From Verrucomicrobiota bacterium (GTDB lineage: Bacteria > Verrucomicrobiota > Verrucomicrobiia > Limisphaerales > JADLHS01): a stretch of 64,000 nucleotides of DNA. Made by a program: the position numbers and the translations under genes. The stretch lies in contig JANNAO010000406.1 in NCBI GenBank assembly GCA_031384405.1, forward strand, positions 9,759 to 73,758, in the 5' to 3' direction. The notes under the pieces were generated by a model, which was not told where the DNA came from, made no database searches, and saw only the letters and a list, made by a program, of their open reading frames with translations. This document shows positions 18,737 through 27,878 of this stretch, in pieces (positions within the stretch are counted from its first letter, which is position 1; each line of letters starts with the position of its first letter).

Positions 18737-18765
18737 AAACGCCCGGGCAACCGGGCGTTTTTTTG
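18737..18765 (+). terminator. rho-independent terminator after the PEP-CTERM gene
   Basis: aaacgcccgg-gcaa-ccgggcgttt followed by a T-run. 10-bp stem, 22 nt after the stop codon. Confidence 0.8.
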
Positions 18766-18910
18766 TAGCCGCGAGTTTTACAGCATGTTTATGGCATGGG
18801 CATGTCCGGCAGAATACTTGACGGCCTAATCGAGCCGAGTAGGGTTTCTCAACAAAAAATTCAAAACATTAGGTATCGCAGCCATCCGTCCAGTCCCCGT
18901 TAAGATATTT

Positions 18911-20380
18911 ATGAAAACAAGGCCGTCTTTTTCGTCATTTCTCGCAGCGTTAGTATTGGGTTTCATGTTGGGTTGCAATAACGCCTCGTCACAGTCGGTG
19001 ACGAAGGTGTTGGATATGAATTGGGTTGCTGGCGGTGGGGGTGGATCGTTCGGACCCAAAGGAAGACTTGTTCCTGTGGGCACAAACTACTGGTTTCTAA
19101 CTGAAAATGGCGGGGTGTTTGGTTTTGGAGGTGCATTCTCTTTTGATCCCAGTGCTAATACTCAAACAGAGATTTCCAGCTTCGGGCTAGACGGAAATAG
19201 TCCATACGGTTCAATCGCCATTGCCGATGGTAAAGCTTGGTTCACAACGACGCGAGGAGGTGCGGGAGACAAGGGAACATTATCCTACTTTGATACCAAT
19301 TCTCCGGGTGCGCCAACTTCAGCATTCAGTTTTCCGAACAATAACAATGCTCCAGGACAGGCAAACTGCGGTGATTCTCCCCGATGCACTCCTTTACTCA
19401 TCGGGAACGACCTTTGGATGCTTTCTTCTTTGGGCGGCAGCAACAGCGGGGGCGCGCTGATAAAGTATAACATGACCAACGGAGTTATGACTTCTGTTCA
19501 CCACTTCTCGCTTGCTGGCGGGCGGGTTCCATTCGGCAGTCTAGTCAAACAAGGCGACGCATACTATTTCACAACACACGAAGGTGGCACGAACGTCGGC
19601 AGTGGATTTCCGAATGGGGCTGGCACTCTGAGTCGGCTGACATTTGATGGACTGGGGAATCCGGTTATCACAAAGCTCATTGATATGCCAGTTGGCAACA
19701 CTGGTTTTCCAGATGGAGACGTTTGTCCGGTAGGAACGAATCAGTTGTATTTCGTCGCAAATGGTAATACTGCCAACCCGGGAAGTCTGATCCGTTATGA
19801 CATCGCCAGCAACACGTGGAGCAACATGTTCTCGTTTTCATCTGCTACAAAAACGAATCTGGGCGCGAGTCCGAATGCGGCGACACCTGTTCTCGTAGAA
19901 GGAAATCTGTATTTTGCGACCATGAATGGTGGGCGAAGTGATCGCGGAGCTTTGCTGAAATATAGCATCGCAGATAACACGATGACGAAGATTGCTGATT
20001 TCATCGGGGGAGGTAATGCGGAATCGTTGGGAAGCAGGCCTCAGTATCAAAGCGGCACCTACGTTCCTGGCACGAACAATTGCGATAAGAAAATTTATAT
20101 GTTCACGTTCAGAGGCGGTGCGAACGGCCCTGTAAACACCGGAAACGGGACGCTTATTTCGATAAATCTTGGCCAACCGGTGATGTCTGTTTCCAATTCT
20201 TCATTTGCGACGAAGACGCTTGCTTGGAGGGGTGGTTACTCGCCGTTTGCCGTTCAAAGCACCACGAATATTGTCTCTCCTGTGTGGGTCAATGAAGCCA
20301 CAGGTTTGACGACCAACTCAATCACCATCAATCCAACAAACTCGCAGAAGTTCTATCGCGTATCGGCTTCTTGCCAATGA
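18911..20380 (+). CDS. lipoprotein with about seven GG-rich blade-like repeats (probable beta-propeller; GloVer-like repeat)
   Basis: Lipobox in [24 protein letters not shown]. Seven repeats have the pattern P.G.L...G..(W/Y)F.T..GG....G(A/T)L..(Y/F)(D/N), for example [22 protein letters not shown] and [23 protein letters not shown]. The C-terminal domain ends in KFYRV. Confidence 0.7.
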   Translation: MKTRPSFSSFLAALVLGFMLGCNNASSQSVTKVLDMNWVAGGGGGSFGPKGRLVPVGTNYWFLTENGGVFGFGGAFSFDPSANTQTEISSFGLDGNSPYGSIAIADGKAWFTTTRGGAGDKGTLSYFDTNSPGAPTSAFSFPNNNNAPGQANCGDSPRCTPLLIGNDLWMLSSLGGSNSGGALIKYNMTNGVMTSVHHFSLAGGRVPFGSLVKQGDAYYFTTHEGGTNVGSGFPNGAGTLSRLTFDGLGNPVITKLIDMPVGNTGFPDGDVCPVGTNQLYFVANGNTANPGSLIRYDIASNTWSNMFSFSSATKTNLGASPNAATPVLVEGNLYFATMNGGRSDRGALLKYSIADNTMTKIADFIGGGNAESLGSRPQYQSGTYVPGTNNCDKKIYMFTFRGGANGPVNTGNGTLISINLGQPVMSVSNSSFATKTLAWRGGYSPFAVQSTTNIVSPVWVNEATGLTTNSITINPTNSQKFYRVSASCQ

Positions 20381-21009
20381 AACGAAGCACGGCAACCTAC
20401 TCGGAAATCAAACGCTTTGGCTTAGTGCGGGCGTTCACGTTGATTGAGCTTTTGGTTGTCATCGCGATCATCGCCATATTGGCCGCCATGCTTTTGCCTG
20501 CCTTGGCCAAAGCAAAAGACAAAGCAAGGAAGACACAATGCGTTTCAAACCTCCGACAGATCGTTTTGGGCATTCACCTGTACATTGATGACAATAATAA
20601 CAGGCTGCCATCGCCACAGATGATTGGTTACTCCAGTTATCGCCTGGCTCGTGATCCGATGAGTTTATGCACTTTTCTTAACACTTATGTCAACGCGAGC
20701 AACCGAGTTTGGTTGTGTCCATCAGGCAGACCTTTGTTAGAATCCAATCTGGTCAATTATACTTGGACACGTAGTGCGAATATCATGGGAAACTTAAACA
20801 AGCAGTTTCAAGCTATCGCCTCGACTGACGAGATAGCGGTTATGAATGACAATCACAGCTTCACGCTGCCATCAGTTTACAACGTGAGTGAAGCAACCAA
20901 TGGTGGCCCGAGAATTCCCCCAGGTGGCGATAAATGGTACCCGCACGATAACAAGAAGAAGGTAAGTTACCTTTATCTTGGTGGTCATGTGAAAACCGTA
21001 CCTCCATGA
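20371..21009 (+). CDS. prepilin-type N-terminal cleavage/methylation domain protein (pseudopilin-like, H-X9-DG-type family)
   Basis: [45 protein letters not shown] is the classical type IV pilin-like N-terminus. The C-terminal end [11 protein letters not shown] resembles that of the DUF1559/H-X9-DG family. It overlaps the upstream ORF by 10 nt. Confidence 0.8.
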   Translation: MPMKRSTATYSEIKRFGLVRAFTLIELLVVIAIIAILAAMLLPALAKAKDKARKTQCVSNLRQIVLGIHLYIDDNNNRLPSPQMIGYSSYRLARDPMSLCTFLNTYVNASNRVWLCPSGRPLLESNLVNYTWTRSANIMGNLNKQFQAIASTDEIAVMNDNHSFTLPSVYNVSEATNGGPRIPPGGDKWYPHDNKKKVSYLYLGGHVKTVPP

Positions 21010-21052
21010 GCGAGAGAGTCTGCGTCTTCCGGGTTAGAACATTTTTAGAGAC

Positions 21053-22645
21053 CTAATCCGTCTTCGCTGTCTCCAGCGGCAGTTCCGGCAGTCTCACGCG
21101 CGATCTCGTATCCGTCAGCGTCTCCAAGAAGGCTTTCAAATCCGCGATGTCGTGCTCGTTCAGGCCAAGCTCTTTCAGCAGCGGACTCTTCGTCGGGAAC
21201 AGCGGATCGTTCGCCTGATTCGGGCGACGTTTGATGTTGGGCATCCCGCCGTTATACATGTCCAAAATGGTTTCCAGATCGAACATCCCGTGGTGCATGT
21301 AAGGCGCGGTGCGCGTCACGTTCCGCAAAGACGGCGTTTTGAACCGACCCACATCCTCCACTTTCTTCGTCGCGTCATAACGCCCCAAGTCCTGACCTTT
21401 GCGACCATAATTGTTCAGGCTGTTGTTGTGAAAACGATTGTCGCTGAACAACGGCCCCATGTGGCAATTGATGCAACGCCCCGTCGTGCGAAAAATATGC
21501 AACCCGCGAACGGCTGCATCCGTGATGATCTCAGACTCGCCGCGCGCGAACAGGTCGAACTGATTGCGCTTGCTCGTCACCGTGCGTTCAAACGTGGCGA
21601 TGGCTTTGGCCACGTTTTGAATCGTCGGATCGGATGAACCGAACACTTTGGCGAAGTCATTCGTGTAGCCGGTGATTTTCGCGAGACGCTCGCGGACGCC
21701 TTCGGGCGTGTTGCGCATTTCGTCTTCGTTGAGCAAAACATCTCGCGCCTGTTCTTCGAGAGTCGTGGAGCGTCCGTCCCAGAACAAAGGTTTGATCATG
21801 CCCGCGTTCAGGATGGATGGCGTATTGCGTTTGAGTTCCTTGCGCGAATGACCAAAAGCTAAAGTGCGTCCGTCGGCCCAGCCCAAATCTGGTTCGTGAC
21901 AACTGGTGCAGGACATCTCACCCGTGCCGCTCAATCGCGGATCGAAGAACAGCTTCTTGCCGAGTTCAGCTTTGGCGTCGGTGTAAGGATTTTCCGCCGG
22001 GTGCGGGATGTTGGGCAACACGCCGATCTCTTGAAAGTGGGGTTTCACCGAGTCATCAATTTCCGGCGCGGGCCATTGAGAAGCTGGCTTGGAATACGCG
22101 GCGCGCAATTCCGCAGCGAGCTTCTTGTATTCATCGTCGGTAAGAGTCGCGCGCGGTTTCTTTTTCTTGGACGTGGCTTCCAGTTCCTCCTCGCTCAACG
22201 CTCGCGACGTTGTCTCCGCTGCGCCCGCCGCTTCGCCATCCGAGCTTTTCTTTGTTGAGCGCAAGGCTTTCAATTCAGCCTTCTGCTCCTTGGTGAGCAA
22301 CTGCTCGATGCCTTTGTTCGCTGCGCGCAGTGCGAACGTGGAATTCACGCGGGCGTTGTAGAGCGCGTCTGGCGGCGTGTTGCTGGTGATTTCCAATTTG
22401 CTGACCACAGCGCGTGCTGCGTCGAGTTTCGCGCGCAGTGCTGCAACGGACGTCTTCTGCTCTTGCGTGAGCTTCATTTCCGCCAAGTGATCCCAGATGG
22501 TTTTGTTTGCAGGAATGGAACTCGATTTGGTGACGGCTGAATTCGTCTGCGCGAGTGAACTGGTTTGCAATGACGCGAGCGAAGTCAGGGCCAAAGCGAG
22601 CGCGATTGTGGTCTTGCGGCGGAACGACGGGATTAGGCTATTCAT
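21053..22645 (-). CDS. di-heme cytochrome c peroxidase (CCP/MauG family) with a ~190-aa N-terminal LTxxQ-motif extension
   Basis: Two CxxCH motifs (CTSCHEP, CINCHMG) sit in a CCP-like C-terminal ~340 aa. The signal peptide is followed by KLTQEQKTSVAALRAKL and LLTKEQKAELKALR (CpxP/Spy-like LTxxQ motifs). Confidence 0.85.
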   Translation of the reverse strand: MNSLIPSFRRKTTIALALALTSLASLQTSSLAQTNSAVTKSSSIPANKTIWDHLAEMKLTQEQKTSVAALRAKLDAARAVVSKLEITSNTPPDALYNARVNSTFALRAANKGIEQLLTKEQKAELKALRSTKKSSDGEAAGAAETTSRALSEEELEATSKKKKPRATLTDDEYKKLAAELRAAYSKPASQWPAPEIDDSVKPHFQEIGVLPNIPHPAENPYTDAKAELGKKLFFDPRLSGTGEMSCTSCHEPDLGWADGRTLAFGHSRKELKRNTPSILNAGMIKPLFWDGRSTTLEEQARDVLLNEDEMRNTPEGVRERLAKITGYTNDFAKVFGSSDPTIQNVAKAIATFERTVTSKRNQFDLFARGESEIITDAAVRGLHIFRTTGRCINCHMGPLFSDNRFHNNSLNNYGRKGQDLGRYDATKKVEDVGRFKTPSLRNVTRTAPYMHHGMFDLETILDMYNGGMPNIKRRPNQANDPLFPTKSPLLKELGLNEHDIADLKAFLETLTDTRSRVRLPELPLETAKTD

Positions 22646-22805
22646 GGGAACAGTTGGTCAATGTTGAGGGAATACTATTGAGCCATTCCATTGATACAAA
22701 ATAAATCCCAGTGCCCATCATACATGTTCGTGCCAGGGATCGCTTTGGGATTTGAGTTCAACTTCTGGATGCGTTTCATATCAGTGCCATGCTCAGATGG
22801 GTGTT

Positions 22806-23183
22806 TCACTCCAACCCGCGATCAAACAGATCGTCTTCATCCAAGCCAAGGTAATGGCCGAGTTCGTGAAGATAAGTGGTGTGGACTTCCTCCAGGAAAA
22901 ATTCCTCGTCGCCTTCAGTGAAGTCCCAGAGGTTTTCCAGATACAAAATGATCTGCGGCGGCACCGGTGATGCGCTGTGGTCTTCTTCGCCAAACGCCGG
23001 GCCTGTGAACAATCCGAGTGAATCCGCTTCGATGCCTTCGGCGACAAAGCTCGCGTTCGGCTTCGGCTCGAAGGTGACCGGCAAGCGAGCGGCGCGTTCG
23101 CGTAGAGGCGCGGGCAACTCCGCCAGAGTGGCGTCCACTTCGGCGAGAGCGAGTTTTGTCAGATGTTCCCAGTGTGTTGACAT
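22806..23183 (-). CDS. small zincin-like metallopeptidase family protein (COG3824-type)
   Basis: Start trimmed to the ATG at 23183 (MSTHWEHL...). The C-terminus reads TTYLHELGHYLGLDEDDLFDRGLE (HExxH followed by an acidic tail). Confidence 0.7.
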   Translation of the reverse strand: MSTHWEHLTKLALAEVDATLAELPAPLRERAARLPVTFEPKPNASFVAEGIEADSLGLFTGPAFGEEDHSASPVPPQIILYLENLWDFTEGDEEFFLEEVHTTYLHELGHYLGLDEDDLFDRGLE

Positions 23184-23192
23184 GTTGCTTGA

Positions 23193-23314
23193 GGAGCGCG
23201 GCTGCGTTCGTGAGAACCAGCCGCAGCGCGTTGAAAATTTACGGTCACAGTGAATTCGCACACCGCCGTGTGACCATACTGCTGCGGCTGGTTTTCAACA
23301 CAGCCGCGCTCCGG
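23193..23314. repeat. inverted-repeat-bounded intergenic element (~122 bp, MITE/REP-like)
   Basis: The left arm ggagcgcggctgcgttcgtgagaaccagccgcagcg and the right arm ctgctgcggctggttttcaacacagccgcgctccgg are imperfect reverse complements. An inner 7-bp hairpin ggtcaca/tgtgacc lies between them. Confidence 0.6.
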
Positions 23315-23367
23315 CTGATTTGGATTTTGTTCTTTGAACGCGCGCGAGCCGTCCCTACCTTGGCCGC

Positions 23368-24054
23368 ATGAAACATGCGGGTAAAGCACAAGCTGCGGCG
23401 TTAAAAATAATCTTCTTCTCGTTGGGTGCAGTGTTGCTGTTGCTGCTGATAGGCTTTCTGGCTTCAAAATTCGGCGGATTCATCCTCGGTCTGAGCGGAG
23501 TGTTGGCTGTGTTGTGGGTGTTGTTCGCCATCTTCACGTTCAACTTTTTTCGCGACCCGGATGCAACAGTTCCCTCTGGCAACAAACTCGTGCTCGCACC
23601 GGCACACGGCACGGTGGACTTGATTGATGAGACGGAGGAGATGGAATTCATGGGCGGCAAGTGCCGACGCATTTCGATCTTCCTGAATGTCTTCGATGTT
23701 CATGTGCAGAAAGCACCGTTGAGCGGGAAGATGGTTTTCCACAAACATCGCGATGGCCAGTATCTCAGCGCGACGCGGAGTGATTGTGCGGAGTTCAACG
23801 AGAATGTGCTGATCGGTTTCATTCCGGCGGAAGCACCGGAGCAGAAACTCGGTGTGCGGCTCATCGCGGGATTGATCGCGCGGCGCATCAACGTCTGGGC
23901 GGCGGCGGGCGAGACGGTGGTGGCGGGCGAGCGCATCAGCCTGGTGCAGTTCGGATCGCGCGGGAATATCTACCTGCCGATGAGCGCGACGATCAAAGTG
24001 AAGCTCGGCGACAAGATGGTGGGCGGCGAAAGCATTCTGGCAACGCTGAGTTAA
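23368..24054 (+). CDS. psd: phosphatidylserine decarboxylase proenzyme (short type)
   Basis: 228 aa with N-terminal TM helices, LAPAHGTV, and VQFGSRGNIYLP (G-S self-cleavage site region). It is adjacent to pssA. Confidence 0.85.
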   Translation: MKHAGKAQAAALKIIFFSLGAVLLLLLIGFLASKFGGFILGLSGVLAVLWVLFAIFTFNFFRDPDATVPSGNKLVLAPAHGTVDLIDETEEMEFMGGKCRRISIFLNVFDVHVQKAPLSGKMVFHKHRDGQYLSATRSDCAEFNENVLIGFIPAEAPEQKLGVRLIAGLIARRINVWAAAGETVVAGERISLVQFGSRGNIYLPMSATIKVKLGDKMVGGESILATLS

Positions 24055-24066
24055 GCTCATTCAATT

Positions 24067-24924
24067 ATGGCTGAAAACGCAACGACACCCAACGGCGACG
24101 CACCGGAGCCGAAGCTGAAGATTTATTTCCTGCCGAACCTGCTGACGGCAGGAAATCTTTTTTGCGGCTTCGTGGCGTTGACGAAGATTGTGGAGGCGCG
24201 ACTTGAGCTGGGCGATTACACCGACATCAAACTCGCGCTCGCTTTCATTCTTGCTGCGTGCGTGTTTGATCTGTTCGACGGTCGCGTGGCGCGGATGGCG
24301 GGGGTGGAGAGTCCGTTCGGGCGTGAGTTCGATTCGCTGGCGGATCTGGTTTCGTTCGGTGTCGCTCCGGCGTTCCTTGTGCATCGCGTGGTGTTGGATG
24401 ATGTGTTCAGCAACCATCCGCAAGTCGGTTGGTTCATCGCCTCAATGTATCTTCTGTGTGGCGCATTCCGGCTGGCGCGTTTCAACTGTCTCGCCACGAT
24501 GCCCGGCGGCGGTTCGAGCAAGGATTTCCTCGGCTTCCCGATCCCATCAGCAGCCGGCCTCGTCGGCTCGGTCACGATGTTGATCATCCACCTGAACGAA
24601 AAAGATCGTGATCTCGGTCATTGGAAATACGTGCCCGCCATCGTGCTGGTGTTCCTGTCTGCGATGATGGTGAGCACGGTGCGCTATCCGAGCTTCAAGA
24701 CTCTGGGCTTCAAATCCACGAGCACATTCACCAAGGCGTTTCTCGGCGCAGCGTTGCTGGGCAGCGTACTGGTGTTGCGCGAAAAAGTTTTGATCTACGT
24801 GCTGCCGATTTTCTTCACCGCGTATCTGGTCTATGGCTTTGTGCGACCGTACATCTCCCGCAAGATGCGACACGAGATCGAGGAGCAAGACGAGGAAGAG
24901 GAGTCAGCCAAGCGCGCGGATTAA
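24067..24924 (+). CDS. pssA: CDP-diacylglycerol--serine O-phosphatidyltransferase
   Basis: Carries the CDP-alcohol phosphatidyltransferase motif DLFDGRVARMAGVESPFGREFDSLADLVSFGVAP and multiple TM helices. Confidence 0.9.
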   Translation: MAENATTPNGDAPEPKLKIYFLPNLLTAGNLFCGFVALTKIVEARLELGDYTDIKLALAFILAACVFDLFDGRVARMAGVESPFGREFDSLADLVSFGVAPAFLVHRVVLDDVFSNHPQVGWFIASMYLLCGAFRLARFNCLATMPGGGSSKDFLGFPIPSAAGLVGSVTMLIIHLNEKDRDLGHWKYVPAIVLVFLSAMMVSTVRYPSFKTLGFKSTSTFTKAFLGAALLGSVLVLREKVLIYVLPIFFTAYLVYGFVRPYISRKMRHEIEEQDEEEESAKRAD

Positions 24925-24930
24925 AGTGTC

Positions 24931-25611
24931 ATGCTGGATTTGCCGCCCATTTTTATAGCTGCGCTTACGGGCTTTCTCAGCGGCCTGGTTCTCTGCATCC
25001 CAGTCGGTCCGGTCAACATCACCATCCTCAACGAAGGGGCGCGGCGCGGCTTCAAATGGGCCGCGCTCATCGGTCTCGGCGCGACGGCGATGGAGGTGAT
25101 CTATTGCGCGATCGCTTTCACCGGCTTCGCGGCGTTTTTCGAGAAGGGCTGGATCAAGTCGGTGATGGAAGTGTTCAGTTTTGCATTCATGCTTTTTCTT
25201 GGCGTCCGCTTCTTGGTTGCCAAGCCCGTGCCGCTCGTGGAAAAGTTGGAACTCAAGATCGAGGAGCGCATCGAAGAGAAACTGCATCCGCACTCGGCTT
25301 TCATGATCGGCTTTGTCCGCACGCTGGCGAATCCCGGTGTGCTGCTGGGCTGGATCATTCTTGGCGCGAACTTCATCTCGCGTGGTTGGGTGGAGCCGAA
25401 TCGCGAAAGCAAGCTGGCCTGCCTCGCGGGTGTGACGTTGAGCGTGGGGTTGTGGTTCACCGGATTGAGCTGGGCGATTTCTTTCGGTCATAAAAAATTC
25501 ACCGAGAAAACCATGGTCAAAATGGAGCGGCTTTCGGGGGCCGGCCTGATCGTGCTGGCGATGATCCAAGGCGGCTACATCGCTTGGAAGCTGGCTAAAC
25601 ACAAAATGTGA
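24931..25611 (+). CDS. LysE/RhtB-family amino-acid exporter
   Basis: 226 aa, about 6 TM helices. N-terminal PVGPVNITILNEGARRGF is typical of LysE-type translocators. Confidence 0.75.
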   Translation: MLDLPPIFIAALTGFLSGLVLCIPVGPVNITILNEGARRGFKWAALIGLGATAMEVIYCAIAFTGFAAFFEKGWIKSVMEVFSFAFMLFLGVRFLVAKPVPLVEKLELKIEERIEEKLHPHSAFMIGFVRTLANPGVLLGWIILGANFISRGWVEPNRESKLACLAGVTLSVGLWFTGLSWAISFGHKKFTEKTMVKMERLSGAGLIVLAMIQGGYIAWKLAKHKM

Positions 25612-25620
25612 GTGCGCTCG

Positions 25621-25779
25621 ATGAAAACCGAAATCAAATCTGATGAAAGCCTGACGTGTGAGGAGTGCGGATGTTTCGGCGCGATAGATTTCGGTGGTCA
25701 AACAATCTGCGCCGACTGTTACGGAACGAAATGCTCGTGCTGCCCGGAGTTCGGGCGCGAAAAGGCCGAGGAGGATTGA
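25621..25779 (+). CDS. 52-aa Cys-rich (zinc-ribbon-like) small protein
   Basis: Hand-translated as MKTEIKSDESLTCEECGCFGAIDFGGQTICADCYGTKCSCCPEFGREKAEED, with 8 Cys including CxxC pairs. It starts 9 nt after the LysE stop and ends 3 nt before the next ATG. It is below the ORF-track length cutoff. Confidence 0.5.
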   Translation: MKTEIKSDESLTCEECGCFGAIDFGGQTICADCYGTKCSCCPEFGREKAEED

Positions 25780-25782
25780 ACC

Positions 25783-25983
25783 ATGCGAACATTGATTGGA
25801 ATTGTGTTGGTGGTGGCGGGCGTGTTGCTGCTCGTCTTCGGTTATCAAAAGGCAGAATCGCTCAAAGGCCAGCTTCACCGCATCGTCACCAGCTCAACGG
25901 ATAACAAGGTGACTTGGATGTATGTGGGTGGCGCGGCGCTGTGCGTGGCGGGCGTGTTCCAGCTTTATTCAGGGAAGAAGTAG
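25783..25983 (+). CDS. DUF3185-like small two-TM membrane protein
   Basis: 66 aa with two hydrophobic helices (IGIVLVVAGVLLLVFGY and WMYVGGAALCVAGVFQLY). Confidence 0.65.
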   Translation: MRTLIGIVLVVAGVLLLVFGYQKAESLKGQLHRIVTSSTDNKVTWMYVGGAALCVAGVFQLYSGKK

Positions 25984-25993
25984 GAAGGAGTGT

Positions 25994-26089
25994 GGCCGTC
26001 CTCGGCCTCAGCAATGTCCAAACGCCCACGCGCCTAGAGTTTTCAGAAGTCTCTCGCACAATCACGCTGCTGCGCCCGAGGACGGGCGC
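25994..26089. repeat. pair of small GC hairpins between convergent genes
   Basis: ggccg-tcct-cggcc (25994..26007) and gcgccc-gaggac-gggcgc (26072..26089) share the complementary core ccgtcctcgg/ccgaggacgg. They lie between the DUF3185 gene and ade, so they could act as a bidirectional terminator. Confidence 0.5.
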
Positions 26090-26097
26090 ACTCCAGC

Positions 26098-27801
26098 TCA
26101 AACAAACAGCGTCGTCTTCCGTAGTTTCGTTGCGTCAATCAATCCCTGATCCGTCAGCTTCAACGCCGGGATCGGCGAGAGACTCAGGAACGACAGCGTC
26201 ATGAAGGGTGCTTCCAGATCGCAACCCATCGAGTGTGCTGCGGAGTTCAATCCGTCAATCCGGCGCATCACTTCGGCGAGCGGTCTGTCTGAAACCAACC
26301 CCGCCACGGGCAATGCAAGCGCGGCGGTGACTTTTCCGTTCACGACCGCGACTTGGCCACCTTGAAGTTTTTCCAGTTCCTGGATCACGCGCAGGATGTC
26401 CGCGTCATTCGTGCCGACAACTACGACGTTGTGCGCGTCATGCGCCACGGTTGAGCCGAGCGCGCCGCGCTTCAGTTTGAAGCCGCGCACAAATCCCACG
26501 CCCACATTACCCGTCGCGTGATGACGCTCGATGACGACCATCTTCAAGATGTCGCGCTTCGTATCAGAGACGACCCATCCATTCTCCACGCGCGGCGTTT
26601 CGATCTGCTGTCGCGTCACGATCTGATTGGGAATGATCTCGATCACGCGAATCTTTCCGCTGCAAGCCTTCACGTCGAAGTCGCGCGGCTTAAACTTCAT
26701 GTTCATCGTGCTGCGAGGCAGCGGCACGCGGGCGGGATTCTTCGCCAGATACTCACCATCCTCAGCCACAAGCACGCCTTTCTTGTAAGTCTGTCGCACG
26801 CGAAACTTTTTCAAGTCGTCGAACACGATGAAGTCCGCCCAGAAACGCGGTGCGATGGCTCCGAGATTTTGCAACCGGTAATGCCGCGCCGTGTTGATCG
26901 TCGCGATCTGCAACGCCGCGATGGGCGACACACCGCCCTTGATGCTCACGCGCACGGCGTGGTCAATGTGTCCTTCGTGTACCAAGTCGCCTGCGAGTTT
27001 ATCGTCCGTGGCGAAGGAACAATTCTGTGAGTTGTGCGCGTTGATCAGCGGGAGCAGGTGCGAGAGATTCCGCTCCGTGCTGCCCTCGCGCAACAGGATG
27101 TGCATACCGAGCCGAAGTTTCTCGCGCGCTTCATCCACCTCCACCGATTCGTGATCCGAGCGCACACCGGCGAGCGCGTAGGCGTTAAGATTTTTTCCGC
27201 GCAAACCGGGCGCATGACCGTCAATGCACTTGCCCTTGCCCGCTTCGATCTTCGCGAGTTCGCTCTTCATGCCGAGAAACACGCCGGGATAATTCATCAA
27301 CTCCGCCACGCCAGCGATGCGTTCATCGCCGATCATCAGCTTCAGATCATCCGCCGTGAGACGCGCGCCTGCGGTTTCAAGGTGCGTCGCAGGAACACAA
27401 CTCGGCAGCATGATGAAGAAATCCACGGGGAGATTCTTCGAGGATTCCAGCACGTAACGGATTCCATCCAGACCGAGGACGTTGGCGTATTCGTGTGGGT
27501 CAATCACCACTGCGCCCGTGCCGTGCGGGACGACAGCGCGTGAGAATTCACCTGCCGTGAGCATTGAGCTTTCCACATGGAAATGACCATCAATCAAACT
27601 CGGCGCGAGATACGCGCCGCGCAGATTGATGACCTTGCGCGCCTTGTAATCGCCAAAGCCAACCACGCGGCCATCCTCGACCGCCACGTTGGTCTCGTGG
27701 ATTTCACCGCTGAGGACGTTGACGACGCGGGCGTTCTTGAAGAGAAGTTCGGCGGGACGTTCGCCGCGAGCCACGGAAAGTTTCTGCTGCACGTTGCGCA
27801 T
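26098..27801 (-). CDS. ade: adenine deaminase
   Basis: 567 aa. The N-terminus ELLFKNARVVNVLSGEIHETNVAVEDGRVVGFG and the metal site LIDGHFHVESSML fit the amidohydrolase-type adenine deaminase. Confidence 0.9.
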   Translation of the reverse strand: MRNVQQKLSVARGERPAELLFKNARVVNVLSGEIHETNVAVEDGRVVGFGDYKARKVINLRGAYLAPSLIDGHFHVESSMLTAGEFSRAVVPHGTGAVVIDPHEYANVLGLDGIRYVLESSKNLPVDFFIMLPSCVPATHLETAGARLTADDLKLMIGDERIAGVAELMNYPGVFLGMKSELAKIEAGKGKCIDGHAPGLRGKNLNAYALAGVRSDHESVEVDEAREKLRLGMHILLREGSTERNLSHLLPLINAHNSQNCSFATDDKLAGDLVHEGHIDHAVRVSIKGGVSPIAALQIATINTARHYRLQNLGAIAPRFWADFIVFDDLKKFRVRQTYKKGVLVAEDGEYLAKNPARVPLPRSTMNMKFKPRDFDVKACSGKIRVIEIIPNQIVTRQQIETPRVENGWVVSDTKRDILKMVVIERHHATGNVGVGFVRGFKLKRGALGSTVAHDAHNVVVVGTNDADILRVIQELEKLQGGQVAVVNGKVTAALALPVAGLVSDRPLAEVMRRIDGLNSAAHSMGCDLEAPFMTLSFLSLSPIPALKLTDQGLIDATKLRKTTLFV

Positions 27802-27878
27802 GGCTGATTGAACACCGGGCGCGAAAAAGTTGCCAGCGCGGATTTCTTCAAAGAAGAATCACCGTCGAGTGACTGTCA

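Noticed and set aside
24904-25878. 324-aa minus-strand ORF across LysE and the small-ORF region; also 24621..25493 (+, 290 aa)
   Set aside because: Both are shadow frames. The plus-strand frame-1 products (pssA, LysE) have clear family motifs and TM patterns.
27802-27878. Purine riboswitch upstream of adenine deaminase
   Set aside because: The 77-nt leader lacks the conserved purine-riboswitch loops and junction sequence, and it is too short for an aptamer plus expression platform.
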